A stretch of 64,000 nt of DNA. It comes from Candidatus Multivorans sp. (lineage in GTDB: Bacteria > Acidobacteriota > Thermoanaerobaculia > Multivoradales > Multivoraceae). This document shows positions 49,723-60,551 of the stretch, in pieces. The notes under the pieces are model-generated. The model did not search any database. It saw only the letters and a program-made list of their open reading frames with translations, and was not told the DNA's origin. The translations under genes and the position numbers were made by a program. The stretch lies in NCBI GenBank assembly GCA_965205295.1, contig OZ242167.1, forward strand, positions 3,017,390 through 3,081,389, given 5' to 3'. Numbering within the stretch: position 1 is the stretch's first letter; each line of letters opens with the position of its first letter.

Positions 49723-51444
49723 GTGACCGACATTGCGCTCGACGACTTCGCGCGTCGATTCTCGCTCCGGGGGAAGAACCTGATGTGGTTTCTTGGCGCC
49801 GGAGCTTCAGCGTCGGCAGGCGTCCCGACCGCGATGGATCTCATCTGGGAGTTCAAGAGAAGTCTCTTCGTCAGCCAAAACCCAGGCGCTGGATTGGCGT
49901 CGGTCGATCTTTCCCAACCAAGCGTACGCAACCGAATCGACGCGCACATCGAGTCGATTCCGGGTATTCCGGCGCCCGGGTCAGAGAGTGAGTACGCAGC
50001 GCTGTTCGAGACTGCTTACCCAGCCGAGGCGGATCGGCGAGCTTTCTTGGACGCGAAGCTGAGCGGTGCAAAGCCATCGTACGGCCACATAGCTCTTGCA
50101 ACATTGATGCGCCACGGACATGCCCGTGTCCTATGGACGACCAACTTCGACGCTCTCGTGGCAGACTCTTGCGCCCACGTCTATGACACCACCAGCGCGC
50201 TGACCACAGTTGACCTTAACTCGGCGGATCAAGTGAGGTCGGTTCTGGCCGACGAGAGATGGCCAATCGAGATCAAGCTCCATGGGGACTTCCGCTTCCG
50301 GCGGCTGCGAAACACCGGCGACGAACTACGTCATCAGGACGCCAGTATGCGTCGGGCATTGGTCGACATGAGTAGTCGTTTCGGCCTCGTCGTGTGCGGC
50401 TACAGCGGAAGAGACGACTCCGTCATGGAGGCCCTCAACCAGGCCGTTTCGACCGAGGGCGCCTTTCCTGCAGGTCTGTTCTGGCTGTTGCGGCGAAATG
50501 ACTACCGCGCCCCTGCTGTGCAGCGACTGATAGACCGCGCGGCGGGACGTGGCGTGGAAGCGGCTGCAGTGACAGTGGAGAACTTCGATGAGACCTTGCG
50601 CGACCTAGTGAGCCTCGTCGAAGGCATGGATTTGACCAAGCTCCAAGAGTTCGCTCGCCAACGAGAGCCCTGGAGCCCTGCGCCCCTCCTGAGTTCTCGC
50701 CGTCCAGATGGCTGGCCGGTGGTTCGGCTCAACGCTGTACCCGTTCTGGCTATGCCAGCACAGTGCCGACGCGTGGTCTGTAACATCGGCGGCACGCGCG
50801 AAGTGCGTGACGCCATAGAGGCAGCGGGCGTCGATGTACTTGCAGTGCGCTCTAGAGGCGGTGTCCTAGCATTCGGAGCAGACTCTGAAGTGAGAAAGGC
50901 GTTCCACGCCTACGAGATCGAGGACTTCGATCTTCATTCCTTCTATCGCGGAAGATTGCGGTACGAATCTATGGATCGGGGACTCCTCGGTGACGCCCTC
51001 AGGCGTGCGATCTGCAGACGTCACGGCCTGAAGCTTGTCACTAGGGATCGCGTAGCACCCACGGATCCGAACGCCACCCCATGGGCCAGCCTTCGCCCGA
51101 CGGTGGGACAGTTACACGGGGTCGTCAAGGGTGCATCAGACCTACGGTGGTATGAAGGCGCTAGGTTGCGGCTCGACTGGGCAAGCGATCAGCTGTGCCT
51201 ATTGGTGGAACCGCTGACCGTCTTTGAGGGAATCGCCGAAGCGAACAGACACCTAGCTTCCGACTTCGGACGACAGAGAACCGTTCGACGGTACAACCGC
51301 GAACTCAATCAACTACTCGAGTTCTGGACGCAGCTTCTCGCAGCGCAAGGGGAAGAGATGACGGCGCTCGATACAGCTCTCGGCGTCGACGCGGCCTTCA
51401 CGCTTTCGGCCAACACATGCTTCTCTAGGAGAATATCGCCATGA
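49723..51444 (+). CDS. SIR2-APAZ protein (SPARSA effector)
   Basis: WFLGAGAS, WTTNFD, KLHGDF, GYSGRD; long C-terminal region consistent with APAZ; coupled to pAgo. Confidence 0.9.
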   Translation: MTDIALDDFARRFSLRGKNLMWFLGAGASASAGVPTAMDLIWEFKRSLFVSQNPGAGLASVDLSQPSVRNRIDAHIESIPGIPAPGSESEYAALFETAYPAEADRRAFLDAKLSGAKPSYGHIALATLMRHGHARVLWTTNFDALVADSCAHVYDTTSALTTVDLNSADQVRSVLADERWPIEIKLHGDFRFRRLRNTGDELRHQDASMRRALVDMSSRFGLVVCGYSGRDDSVMEALNQAVSTEGAFPAGLFWLLRRNDYRAPAVQRLIDRAAGRGVEAAAVTVENFDETLRDLVSLVEGMDLTKLQEFARQREPWSPAPLLSSRRPDGWPVVRLNAVPVLAMPAQCRRVVCNIGGTREVRDAIEAAGVDVLAVRSRGGVLAFGADSEVRKAFHAYEIEDFDLHSFYRGRLRYESMDRGLLGDALRRAICRRHGLKLVTRDRVAPTDPNATPWASLRPTVGQLHGVVKGASDLRWYEGARLRLDWASDQLCLLVEPLTVFEGIAEANRHLASDFGRQRTVRRYNRELNQLLEFWTQLLAAQGEEMTALDTALGVDAAFTLSANTCFSRRISP

Positions 51445-52856
51445 CCTCGCAGATGGCGCCGCATTCTCTGCTGTCGGAGCCTAAGCTGGCGTTTCATACA
51501 GAACGGCCCGGCCACCTGCACCTCCATCCGCTCAGGGGGCTATTGGAGTACGGTCCGCACTCCGCCAACTTCGTTCCTGACCCGATCCGGGTCGCTACAC
51601 TTGCGCCATCTGGCGGCAGTGGAAGGCTCTATGGCTTTATGAGAGAACTGAGGCAGGAGTTCCGCCCGACAGAAAGAAGGGACTATCTTCCTAGCTGGCC
51701 CGGTTTCGCAACAGTCTTTGGGCTTCGCATGGAGGGCGCCGGGGGTGCCTGCCATGCGGAGACCGCCGACGACCTCGAAGCGCAGCTACGTACCACGTCC
51801 CAGCCGCACGTCATGCTGGCGCAGCACCTAGTAAGGGCGATCGGTCGACTCGAAGCACACCGAAGCGAGTTCGACGTACTCTTCGTTCTTCTGCCTCGGC
51901 GCTGGGAGGCCGGCTTCGTGGGTGAGGACGACGATTTCGACTTGCACGATCACCTGAAGGCATACACTGCAGCCCGTGGAATTCCCGTTCAGTTCGTGCG
52001 AGAAGACCGTGCACTCGCCTATCCCTGCCGGGCGAGTGTCATGTGGCGAATCGGCCTTGCCATGTATGCGAAGGCAGGTGGAGTGCCGTGGAAACTGGCT
52101 GAGTCCGACCCGGAAACAGCCTACATTGGCATATCTTACGCCCTACGGCCCGTCGACTCGGGTGGCCCGCGGTTCGTGACGTGTTGCAGTCAAGTCTTCG
52201 ACGCCGACGGAGCGGGTCTCGAGTTCGTGGCCTACGACGCTCACGAAGTAGAAGTCCGCAGGAAGAACCCTTTTCTCTCCCGAGCCGAGATGTTCCGTGT
52301 CATGACGAGATCTATGGACCTCTACCGGCGGAGACATGCCGGTCGGTCGCCTCGCCGTGTCATGGTTCACAAGACGACAGAGTTCAAGCCGGATGAAGTC
52401 GACGGTTGTCTTGACGCGCTACATCTTTGTGAGACCGTGGACCTTGTGCAAGTCGTGGAGCACGTTGGGTGGCGTGGCGCCCGAATCAACCCGCCGGCTG
52501 GGACGGGCAAAGGAACTCCTGCCAACTATCCGGTTGAACGCGGCACGGTCATTGGCTTGGGCCCCCGCGAGGCGCTGCTTTGGACACACGGTAACGTGCC
52601 TCGCGTGACAAACCGGTCCTACTTTCAGGGCGCACGGAGCACACCCCGCCCGATACGATTGGTGCGGTACGCGGGCCACGGACCCTGGGACGACACTGCG
52701 CGTGCGATCCTGGGCTTGTCCAAGATGAACTGGAACAACGACGCACTCTACGATCACTTGCCCGTGACCCTCTCCTACGCGAAGGTGCTGGCAAGAGTCG
52801 TCAAGCGGATTCCGGCGTTGGGATCGGCTCCATATCAGTTCCGGTTCTTCATGTAA
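51441..52856 (+). CDS. Short prokaryotic Argonaute (MID-PIWI, catalytically inactive)
   Basis: EPKLAF, PLRGLLEYGP, DLHDHLK...Q, YAKAGGVPWKL, AYIGISY, VHKTTEF, LSKMNWN, PVTL.YA. Confidence 0.93.
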   Translation: MTSQMAPHSLLSEPKLAFHTERPGHLHLHPLRGLLEYGPHSANFVPDPIRVATLAPSGGSGRLYGFMRELRQEFRPTERRDYLPSWPGFATVFGLRMEGAGGACHAETADDLEAQLRTTSQPHVMLAQHLVRAIGRLEAHRSEFDVLFVLLPRRWEAGFVGEDDDFDLHDHLKAYTAARGIPVQFVREDRALAYPCRASVMWRIGLAMYAKAGGVPWKLAESDPETAYIGISYALRPVDSGGPRFVTCCSQVFDADGAGLEFVAYDAHEVEVRRKNPFLSRAEMFRVMTRSMDLYRRRHAGRSPRRVMVHKTTEFKPDEVDGCLDALHLCETVDLVQVVEHVGWRGARINPPAGTGKGTPANYPVERGTVIGLGPREALLWTHGNVPRVTNRSYFQGARSTPRPIRLVRYAGHGPWDDTARAILGLSKMNWNNDALYDHLPVTLSYAKVLARVVKRIPALGSAPYQFRFFM

Positions 52857-53420
52857 GTACTCCTCTGAATTGGCCGCGCTTTATGGCGATCAACCGGAAC
52901 GGCCGCAGACTCCCCACCATCAAGTACGGGCACGGCACGGGTGGTACGAGCCCCCGTTTCGACCTCCCACTGGGCGAGGCCTGCTGCTCGAGTTTGAGGA
53001 TGAGGCTCTAGTATATGATCTCCCTTCGCCCACCCGGCCAAGGGGGCGCGCGTTGATCCCGTAGGCATCACCCTGCAAGCACCCTAGTGCCTACCTTGAC
53101 CAGCGGTCCACAGTCTTTAGAGCGAGTGAGAAGGAGCGTGAGGTGTTGGCAACGCTCGGAAACTGAGCCACCCAACGTTTGGAAAGTGAGCCACCGCGGC
53201 CGTGTTGAGTGTACGCGAATCTTCTCTCGTCGGTCCCCTTTGAGTCAGTGGCCGTAGTGGCTGCGGTAGCTGTGGGAAACCGGTCTGCCGGTTTTCCAAG
53301 GCGGTGCGGGAAACGGTCTGCCGTTTTCCGCGGCGCCGGCAGCTTCCGCAGCCGGCCGGCGGTGCGGTCCGCTCAGCGGCGGCGCCGCGGCGGTTCGGTT
53401 GCGGGTGTTGGGGTCCGTAT

Positions 53421-54173
53421 TCACGAGGTGCTTCTCGACAGCCGTGTCCGATAGGAGGACCCCTTGGTGGCAAGGATGTGGGCGTGGTGGGAGAGGCGGT
53501 CGAGCAGAGCGGTGGTCAGCTTCTCGTCGCCGAAGACCCGGACCCATTCGGAGAAGGCGAGGTTGGAGGTGACGATGGTCGAGCGGCGCTCGTAGCGGTC
53601 GGCGAAGACGTTGAAGAGCAGCTCGCCGCCGGCGCGGTCGAAGGGCACGAAGCCGAGCTCGTCGCAGATCAGGAGATCCACCCGCTGAAGCCGCTGCTGC
53701 AGGCGCCCCAGCTCCCGCTGATCGCGGGCTTCGATCAGATCGCGGACGAGATCGGAGGCCTTGCGAAACCAGACCCGGTAGCGGCGCTTCGCGGCCTCGA
53801 TACCGAGGGCGATCGCGAGATGCGTCTTGCCGGTGCCGATGGGTCCGACCAGGACGACATCGTCGCCGCGGTCGATGTAGTCGCAGGAGGCCAGCTCGCG
53901 CAGCTTCGGTTTGGAGACGCCTTGCAAGGCCTCGAAGTCGATCTGTTCGAGCGTCTTGTGGTCGGGGAAGCGGGCCGCTCGCAACCGGCGCTCGACGGTG
54001 CGGGCCTCACGATCCCGGATCTCGGCCTCGAGCAGTTGCCAGAGGTAGTCCTCGTAGTCCCACTGTGCGTCCTGGGCCTGACGGGCCCTCTGCTCGTAGT
54101 CGCGCAGCACGGAAGGCATCTTGAGCGTCTTGAGGCCCTCGGCGATGACGGCTCTGCGTGCGGCCCGGCTCAC
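53421..54173 (-). CDS. istB: IS21 helper ATPase
   Basis: [30 protein letters not shown]. Confidence 0.93.
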   Translation of the reverse strand: MSRAARRAVIAEGLKTLKMPSVLRDYEQRARQAQDAQWDYEDYLWQLLEAEIRDREARTVERRLRAARFPDHKTLEQIDFEALQGVSKPKLRELASCDYIDRGDDVVLVGPIGTGKTHLAIALGIEAAKRRYRVWFRKASDLVRDLIEARDQRELGRLQQRLQRVDLLICDELGFVPFDRAGGELLFNVFADRYERRSTIVTSNLAFSEWVRVFGDEKLTTALLDRLSHHAHILATKGSSYRTRLSRSTS

Positions 54174-55612
54174 GATGCCGCCTCCTGAAGCAGCACGTCG
54201 AAGTCGGCGGCTCTGGCGCTCTCGACCTCGTGGCGCCGGAGCGGCTCCGGCACCTCGATCACGGCGGCAGGACGCCGCTCGACGAGCCCCAGCAGGTCGA
54301 AGCGGCCGGCGGTCAGGGCCTCCTCCAGTGCGGCGGCGACCTCCTCGCTGCCGTGGTCTGTGACCACACTCAACAGCTTGGCGAAGAGCCGCGCCGTCTC
54401 CAGGGCACCGTGCCGCAACTCCAGCATTCTCCATAGCTTGCGGTACGCAGGACCGAGCTCTGCGAGCAACTCCGGGGCCACCTGGCGCACCGCCTGAGGC
54501 TTCCTGGACAGCTCCTCGAAGTAGTGCGCGTAGCGCACCAGGCGCTGTCCCGGCCGCACAAGGTCGCAGCGGTACTCCTCGTCGCGGCAGGTGAAGGTGA
54601 TGTCGCTGGCGCCGACGAGGGCGTGGATATCGAGGCTCTTCCAGCGCGAGGGAACCGAGTAGGTCGCACCGCCCAACTGCACCGTCGCCTGGCGCGACGC
54701 CCGCACGATCTTGAGCTTCCTTGCCTCGAAGCCGGCCGCCGGCAGCTCTCGCAGTGCCTCCTGCTCCTCCTCCCACCGGGCGCGCTCACTGTGCGCGGCG
54801 TCGACCAAAGCCAGCACCTCGCCTGCGATCTGCTCCAGAGTGCGCCCTTGGGGCACCGGACTCATGTGCGCCAGGCGGATCCCCTTGCCCCGCGACTCCA
54901 CACTGCCCTTGTCGTGGCCCTCGCCGGGGCGGGCGAAGCACGGCTCGAACAGATAATGGCTCACCAGCGCCTGGAATCGAGCCGTCAACTGACGCTCGCC
55001 GCCGACCCGACGACGCACCGCCGCGCTCAGATTGTCGTAGACCAGCCGCAGCGGCACGCCGCCGAAGTGAGCGAACGCCCGCACATGGCCGTCGAGAAAC
55101 GCCACCTGGTCGCACCGGTCGTACAGCCACACGAACGAACGGCCCGAGTACGGCAGGTGCAGCAGAAACTTCCACACCCGGTGCGCCACGCCGTCCTCCT
55201 CCACCGTCACCTCGAAGAAGTCCACTTGGCCGCACTCGCCGGCACGGTGCACCAGCGGGATGAACGTCTCCTGCCGCTGACGCTTCCACTCCCGCACGTA
55301 GCTGCGCACCGTCGTGACCCCGGCCTCGTACCCCTCCTCCAGCAACTGGCGATGCAGACGAGTAGCCGTCAGACGCTGCTTCGCCGTCGTCCGCCGAGAC
55401 CACCTGCGCAGCAGCTCCTCCAGACGCGGCGCCACACGCTCCGTCACCCAGCGGCGCCGCGGCTTGCTCTCCACCCGCCGCGGCTCGCTCTGATCCCTGT
55501 ACTTGCGCACCGTATTGCGGCTCACACCGTGCCCGCAGGCCACCGAGCGCTGGCTCCGACCCTCCACCAGCACCTGGTACCGAATAACATGAACCTGATC
55601 CATCCTCAGCAA
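54170..55612 (-). CDS. istA: IS21 transposase
   Basis: N-terminal HTH, QVDF, YDNL, KGSVE. Confidence 0.93.
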   Translation of the reverse strand: MLRMDQVHVIRYQVLVEGRSQRSVACGHGVSRNTVRKYRDQSEPRRVESKPRRRWVTERVAPRLEELLRRWSRRTTAKQRLTATRLHRQLLEEGYEAGVTTVRSYVREWKRQRQETFIPLVHRAGECGQVDFFEVTVEEDGVAHRVWKFLLHLPYSGRSFVWLYDRCDQVAFLDGHVRAFAHFGGVPLRLVYDNLSAAVRRRVGGERQLTARFQALVSHYLFEPCFARPGEGHDKGSVESRGKGIRLAHMSPVPQGRTLEQIAGEVLALVDAAHSERARWEEEQEALRELPAAGFEARKLKIVRASRQATVQLGGATYSVPSRWKSLDIHALVGASDITFTCRDEEYRCDLVRPGQRLVRYAHYFEELSRKPQAVRQVAPELLAELGPAYRKLWRMLELRHGALETARLFAKLLSVVTDHGSEEVAAALEEALTAGRFDLLGLVERRPAAVIEVPEPLRRHEVESARAADFDVLLQEAAS

Positions 55613-55750
55613 GTCCTTCCTCCGATCGCGTTGGTCTACTGAACAAGACCAAGCTACCGGTGTCAGGGCCGAGGGTGGATCACTTTCTGCCCGTTGAGTG
55701 GTTCAGTTTCCGAGCGATGCCTCCACCGAACTCGTGTCCCTGGCCCTTGT

Positions 55751-56072
55751 CCCGGCGAGACGTGGTCCGCCCACCGGGTCCGCATGATCGCCGCCTGCCG
55801 CCCCCGCCGGCATCGACACCATCGACCGCCTCTTCGGCGACCTCCGCAACGACAAGGCCTACCTGACCCAGGCCACCTACGCCGCCACCCTCGGCGCCAT
55901 CGGCAAGTGGTGCACCCATCCCGACCATGTCTTCGCGCCGCCGCCGAGAGATCAAGCAAGCTCAGAGGACGGTCGATCTGTGCACGACGCCTCATGGCGC
56001 AGGGGGCTGGGGTTGCCGGCAGGGTGGCAGTTCGTCGAGGTGCTGGCTGGAATGCCCGGGGCCGGCGGCTAG
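55751..56072 (+). repeat. citE 3'-end copy 3 (most degraded)
   Basis: TGGTCCGCCCACCGGGTCCGCATGATCGCCGCCTGCCG matches about 34365 onward, with indels. Confidence 0.88.
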
Positions 56073-56109
56073 AGCCGCCGGTGGCCCGCGCCCGTTCTGT
56101 CAATGGAGC

Positions 56110-56940
56110 CTAGAATTCAATCTCTAACAGTACGTTGGCAGAGGCTTCGCCTGCATCTACTGTAAACTCATTCATTCCCTTGCGAAAATGTTTAGAAAGC
56201 CCCTTGAAGTCAACTTGACCTATGTCCTCTGTGAGAGGAACAGGGATAGGCTGAATGTCCTTCCCGTTCACAGCGGAGACGTAGGCGCTGTCGGTTCCTT
56301 CGGGCGAATTCTCGAACAACAGAGGCAACGTCTTTATCTTTCCTTCTGTGTTAATGGCGTCGTAGAGGACGGTTACGGTGAACTGTGGCTCACTTAGGCG
56401 TAGCGCCGGAGCCTTGCGGCTCTCTACCTCTATGTCTACAGGTATTGACGCCTGCGCGTCAAAGACCACTCCGCGATCAAGAAACGCTTGTTTACCTTTG
56501 ATAAAGATGAGAGGCCATGCAACGACAGCCGCTAGAGCGATAGAAACCGATTTTCGACCCTTACCAGACCGGTCATATCCACCGCGTAGGTTTACCGTAG
56601 TGCCGTCGACGGCCTCGACAGTGGTTGACTCCACTTCTAGCTTGCCTTTGATTCCGGCCATTTTTGCTCTCTTCGCTTTGCTGATCTTTGACCAAACTAC
56701 GGTTCCTGCTTCGATTACAATGCGTCCGTCTACGACGACGTCATCAGCGACTAGCGCTCTAACGTTCTCGCCTTCTTGTACGAATGAACTCAGCTTTCGC
56801 TTGGTGGACAAGTCTTGATCGAGCACGCAATAGATAGTGGTTCCCGCAGGAATGCGTACCGTCTCGGCAGTCAAGACGAACGGAACGAGGGCGATCATCA
56901 GAGCGGCAATCGCTGTCCGCGCTGGCTGTCTGTGGTGCAT
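56110..56940 (-). CDS. Secreted hypothetical protein, AT-richer
   Basis: Signal peptide; IPAGT, V.EG..V...V..DV.VDG...I.AGT, GKLE; TrbI-like beta pattern. Confidence 0.7.
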   Translation of the reverse strand: MHHRQPARTAIAALMIALVPFVLTAETVRIPAGTTIYCVLDQDLSTKRKLSSFVQEGENVRALVADDVVVDGRIVIEAGTVVWSKISKAKRAKMAGIKGKLEVESTTVEAVDGTTVNLRGGYDRSGKGRKSVSIALAAVVAWPLIFIKGKQAFLDRGVVFDAQASIPVDIEVESRKAPALRLSEPQFTVTVLYDAINTEGKIKTLPLLFENSPEGTDSAYVSAVNGKDIQPIPVPLTEDIGQVDFKGLSKHFRKGMNEFTVDAGEASANVLLEIEF

Positions 56941-57149
56941 TGTGGTTGCTCCTGTGGGTGGCCCGGCGTGCCGGGTGGTTGCTCGGCTGGAACGGTAGCA
57001 CAGGAGGCTTGAAGATGAACGAGGAACAGCTAGCGAAAATCCGGGGCCTGTTCGACCCCCCCGGCCTAGACGAGGGGATCGAGGGCGCGGTGCCGCTTCG
57101 TGTGTTGACACGCTCGGAGCCACAGTGAGCGCAGCCCGGAGCGGAAGTC

Positions 57150-57452
57150 TTCACTGACGAGCACAGTTCCTATACGCGCATGGATCGCTACCGGCATGAT
57201 GCGGTGGCTCACGGCGTGGGCGAGTTCGTGCGGGGGAAGGTGCATACCAACAGCGTAGAGAACGCTTGGAGCCTGCCAAAGCGGACCTACCACGGCACGT
57301 ACCACAAGATGAGTCCCATGCACCTTCACAGGTACATCACGGAGTTCGAGGGCCGGTACAACGACCGACAGCTTGTTACGATTGAGCAAATGGAGAGCAT
57401 GGCCCGAGGAATGATCGGCAAGCGCCTCCAGTACAAGGAGCTAGTGGCATGA
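57150..57452 (+). mobile_element. IS1595-family transposase C-terminal remnant
   Basis: H..V.H...E.VRG.VHTNSVEN.WS..KR...GTYH.MS..HL.RY..EF. Confidence 0.85.
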
Positions 57453-57749
57453 GTGAAGTGAGTGTGGATAACGCCACCTTCTTGGCTGTAGTCGGTTTGC
57501 TTCTGGTCGCACTTTCAATGGTGTGGTCAGAGTTGTGGCCCGACCTAGAGCGCCTGTATCTGTTTCTCCTTCTGTTTCCAAAAGCCATAGGAATAGAGCG
57601 TTCTTATCTCTATCTCGCCTATTGTACAGGCAAGCTCACGCGAAGGCGGCTCAGGCTCCAGACCCAAGCGGCGAACGTGAGGCTGCCCAAGCCCCGCAAC
57701 CCTTCGCCGACGAGGTCGATGGCCCGCTACTACGGCTCGCCCGCAAACC

Positions 57750-58686
57750 GCCCACAATCGCACGCCCCGGCGCAACCCCCTCCACCGTCTCGCCGTCACG
57801 CACCACGAACACGCCATTCACCATCGTGTGGCGGATCCCCTCCGAGAAGGAGAGCCCGCCTTCGAACGTGGCGGTGTCGATCACCGTGTCCGGGTCGAAG
57901 ACGACGATGTCCGCGTCGGCGCCGACCTGGATCTTCCCCTTGTTTCTCATCTGATCGGACATCGACGCCACGCGCCGCGCCGGGAGGAAGCTCATCTTCA
58001 GGAGCGCGGTCATCAGGTCGAGCGTGCCCCGCTCGCGGACGTAGCGCCCCAGAACCCGTGAGTAGGTGCCGGCCGTTCGAGGGTGAGCCTTCGGGGCATA
58101 CGGCATGCCGTCGGACGCGACGATCACCCAGTCGTTCGCGAGCGCCATCTCGATCCACTCTTCCTGCATGAAGTGGAGGATCACCGTTCCCCGCTCGCGG
58201 CGATACCGCTCGAAGGTCTCCTTCGTCAGCCTCTCTCCCGTTGCCTCCCACTGCAGGTCGCCGTAGCCGATGCCCAGGCGGTCCTGCCAGCCTTCGTCGA
58301 AGATCGACGAGTGAAGGGAGGTAGATCCGGCCGTGTAGGGATACGCCTCCGTCGTCACGTCGAGCCCCAAGCGGCGCGCGCCGCCGATCAGGTCGAGCAC
58401 CGTGTCGATCTCGCCGAGCGCCATGCTGTTGACGTGCACGATGTGCAGGGGCGCCCCGGTACCGACCGCGTTGGCGAGGACTTCCTGCATCGCATCGATC
58501 GTCATCGAACGCACGTGCGTGTGGATGGTGGCGCGCTTCTCGCCGGCGAAGCGGAACACTTCGACGATCTCCCGGCGGCTCGCGCCCGGGTGGTACTGGA
58601 CGGCGAGGCCGATCCCCAGGGCGCCTTCCTCGAGTCCCTGGTCCAGATGCTCCAGCATGGCCGGGAAACGTTCGGGCGGCAGTTCC
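57750..58686 (-). pseudogene. Duplicate 3' portion of the amidohydrolase gene
   Basis: Matches about 61380-62317; 5' part missing and replaced by the citE fragment. Confidence 0.92.
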
Positions 58687-58687
58687 T

Positions 58688-59011
58688 CGCCGCCGGCATC
58701 GACGCCATCGACGGCCCGTTCGGCGACTTCCGCAACGACAAGGCCTACATGAAGCAGGCCACCTGGGCCGCCTCCCTCGGCGCCGTCGGCAAATGGTGCA
58801 TCCACCCCAACCAGATCCCGCTCGCCAAGGATGTTTTCGCGCCGTCGCCCAGGGAGATCGAGCGGGCACAGAAGATGGTTGACACCTATACAATGAATCG
58901 CTCAAGGCGGGCGCCGGCGCCGGCGGCAAGGGCGGCCAGCTCGTCGACGCGGCGACGCTGCGGGTTTTTCAACCAGTGCTCGACAGGGCGCGGGCGACGG
59001 GGAGGTTGTAG
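58688..59011 (+). repeat. citE 3'-end copy 4
   Basis: AAGIDAIDGPFGDFRNDKAYMKQATWAASLGAVGKWCIHPNQIPLAKDVFAPSPREI...GGGAGGTTGTAG. Confidence 0.93.
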
Positions 59012-59016
59012 TTCCT

Positions 59017-60543
59017 ATGCGCCACGTAATTGTTCCCATGGCTGGATTTCTCGGCTTGGCGGTTTCCGGCTGCGTCTCCACACAGTCCACACAGAGTGCG
59101 GATCTGCCCGAGGCGGAGAACCACGCGGCCCATGATGCCGGCGTCGGCGCCGTTCAGACCATCTACTACCGGGCCGGCGAGGGGTTCGTCCCGGCTCGCC
59201 TCGACGTGGAGACCGGAACCCGCGTGGTCCTGGTCAACGAGTCCGCCGACCAACTCGCACCCCAGTTCGGCGTCGCCCAGGGCGATTCACCCTCGGGAGG
59301 AGAGACGGATCATCACGGTGCACACGGCGCGCACGGCTCGGGCCACCACTCCGATGCCCCTGCCTGGAACTCGGACGATCCGCATCCGGACAGCCACGGC
59401 CGCGAGTGGGCTCACGCGTTCAACGTCAGCGGCTACTGGCGCTTCCACAACGATCTGAACCCGAGCCACACCGGCCTGATTGTGGCGCTGGCCCCGGCCG
59501 GCACGAAGCTCGAGCCCCTGGTGGTCGAAGGACAGGCTCTCTCGTTCCCCGAGGCGCCGGCGCTGACGCCTGACGAGTACCGTGAGCTGCTGCAAAATAC
59601 CGAAGCCGTACGAGAGTTCATGAAGGCGTACGGCCCGCACAACACTCTGGGGGTGCTGCGGCAAGCCGAAGTCGAAACCGGTCTCGACTGCCATCAGAGT
59701 GCGCACCACCTGGGGCGGATGACGTTCGCGGAGTACGGCGCCGCGGCTTCCATCAGCGTCGAGGAGGTCTGCAGGTCGGGTATGCGCCACGGCATGATGG
59801 AGCAGCTCTTCGTCACTCGTGGCATTACCAACCTGGCCGAAGACGTCGAGGTGTTGTGTCCCTCGGAAGTCGACTCCTTTTCCCGGCACCAGTGCCTTCA
59901 CGGAGTCGGTCACGGCGTGATGGCCTGGACGGCCTATGAGATCGAGGATGCCCTGCAGCTCTGCGACCTCATGAGCGATGAGTCGAGCCAGCGTTCGTGC
60001 TACACCGGAATCTTCATGGAGAACGTGGTGAGCGGGCTGTCCGGTGAAGTCGGCCAGAGCTCCGCATACGTCGATCACAACGACCCTCACTATCCCTGCA
60101 ACATCCTGGACGAGCGTTACGTCGACGACTGCTACTGGTACCAGACGTCGCAGATGCTCGTCGTCTTCAATCGTGACCTGGAACTCGTGGCCCAAGCCTG
60201 CCAGGAGGCGCCGCCTGTTGCCCGCAGGTCGTGTTTCGGAAGTTACGGCCGCGACCTGAGCGGCATCCACGGCAGGAGTCCCCTCACCATCGCCCACTAC
60301 TGCGGTCTGGCGCCCAGCGTTCAGTATCGCGGCGCCTGCATCGATGGCGCCGCGCGAACGCTCTTCTGGGAAGAGACCCAGCAGGATGCAGGCCTCGTCC
60401 TCTGTGCAGCAGTGGAGGATCCACTGCTCTCGGAGAGCTGCTACGAGTCGATCGTCGGGCAAGCTCACATGGTCGTAACCGACCTGGAGCCGTTCTGCGC
60501 CAAGGTCCCCGACCGGTGGCGGGATTGGTGCAGGAGGCGGTAG
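59017..60543 (+). CDS. Lipoprotein with a cupredoxin-like, His-rich N-domain and Cys/His-repeat C-domain
   Basis: Lipobox VSGC; GF.P..L.VE.GT.V..VN, G.WRFHN; CH..AH..G, C.SG..HG, C.HG.GHG, CYTGIFMEN. Confidence 0.75.
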   Translation: MRHVIVPMAGFLGLAVSGCVSTQSTQSADLPEAENHAAHDAGVGAVQTIYYRAGEGFVPARLDVETGTRVVLVNESADQLAPQFGVAQGDSPSGGETDHHGAHGAHGSGHHSDAPAWNSDDPHPDSHGREWAHAFNVSGYWRFHNDLNPSHTGLIVALAPAGTKLEPLVVEGQALSFPEAPALTPDEYRELLQNTEAVREFMKAYGPHNTLGVLRQAEVETGLDCHQSAHHLGRMTFAEYGAAASISVEEVCRSGMRHGMMEQLFVTRGITNLAEDVEVLCPSEVDSFSRHQCLHGVGHGVMAWTAYEIEDALQLCDLMSDESSQRSCYTGIFMENVVSGLSGEVGQSSAYVDHNDPHYPCNILDERYVDDCYWYQTSQMLVVFNRDLELVAQACQEAPPVARRSCFGSYGRDLSGIHGRSPLTIAHYCGLAPSVQYRGACIDGAARTLFWEETQQDAGLVLCAAVEDPLLSESCYESIVGQAHMVVTDLEPFCAKVPDRWRDWCRRR

Positions 60544-60551
60544 CCGGCCAG

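Larger units (their letters stand above)
53144..55725 (-). mobile_element. IS21-family element
   Basis: IRs TGTTGGCAACGCTCGGAAACTGAGCCAC / rc TGGAGGCATCGCTCGGAAACTGAACCAC with internal repeats. Confidence 0.93.

Noticed and set aside
53270-53400. Repeated hairpins GGAAAC(C)GGTCTGCCG(G)TTTTCC as an ncRNA
   Set aside because: They lie inside the IS21 element's terminal non-coding region; no independent RNA evidence
57651-58805. 384-aa ORF as a functional amidohydrolase
   Set aside because: Its N-terminus is antisense citE sequence, and it lacks the HxH metal-binding N-terminal region
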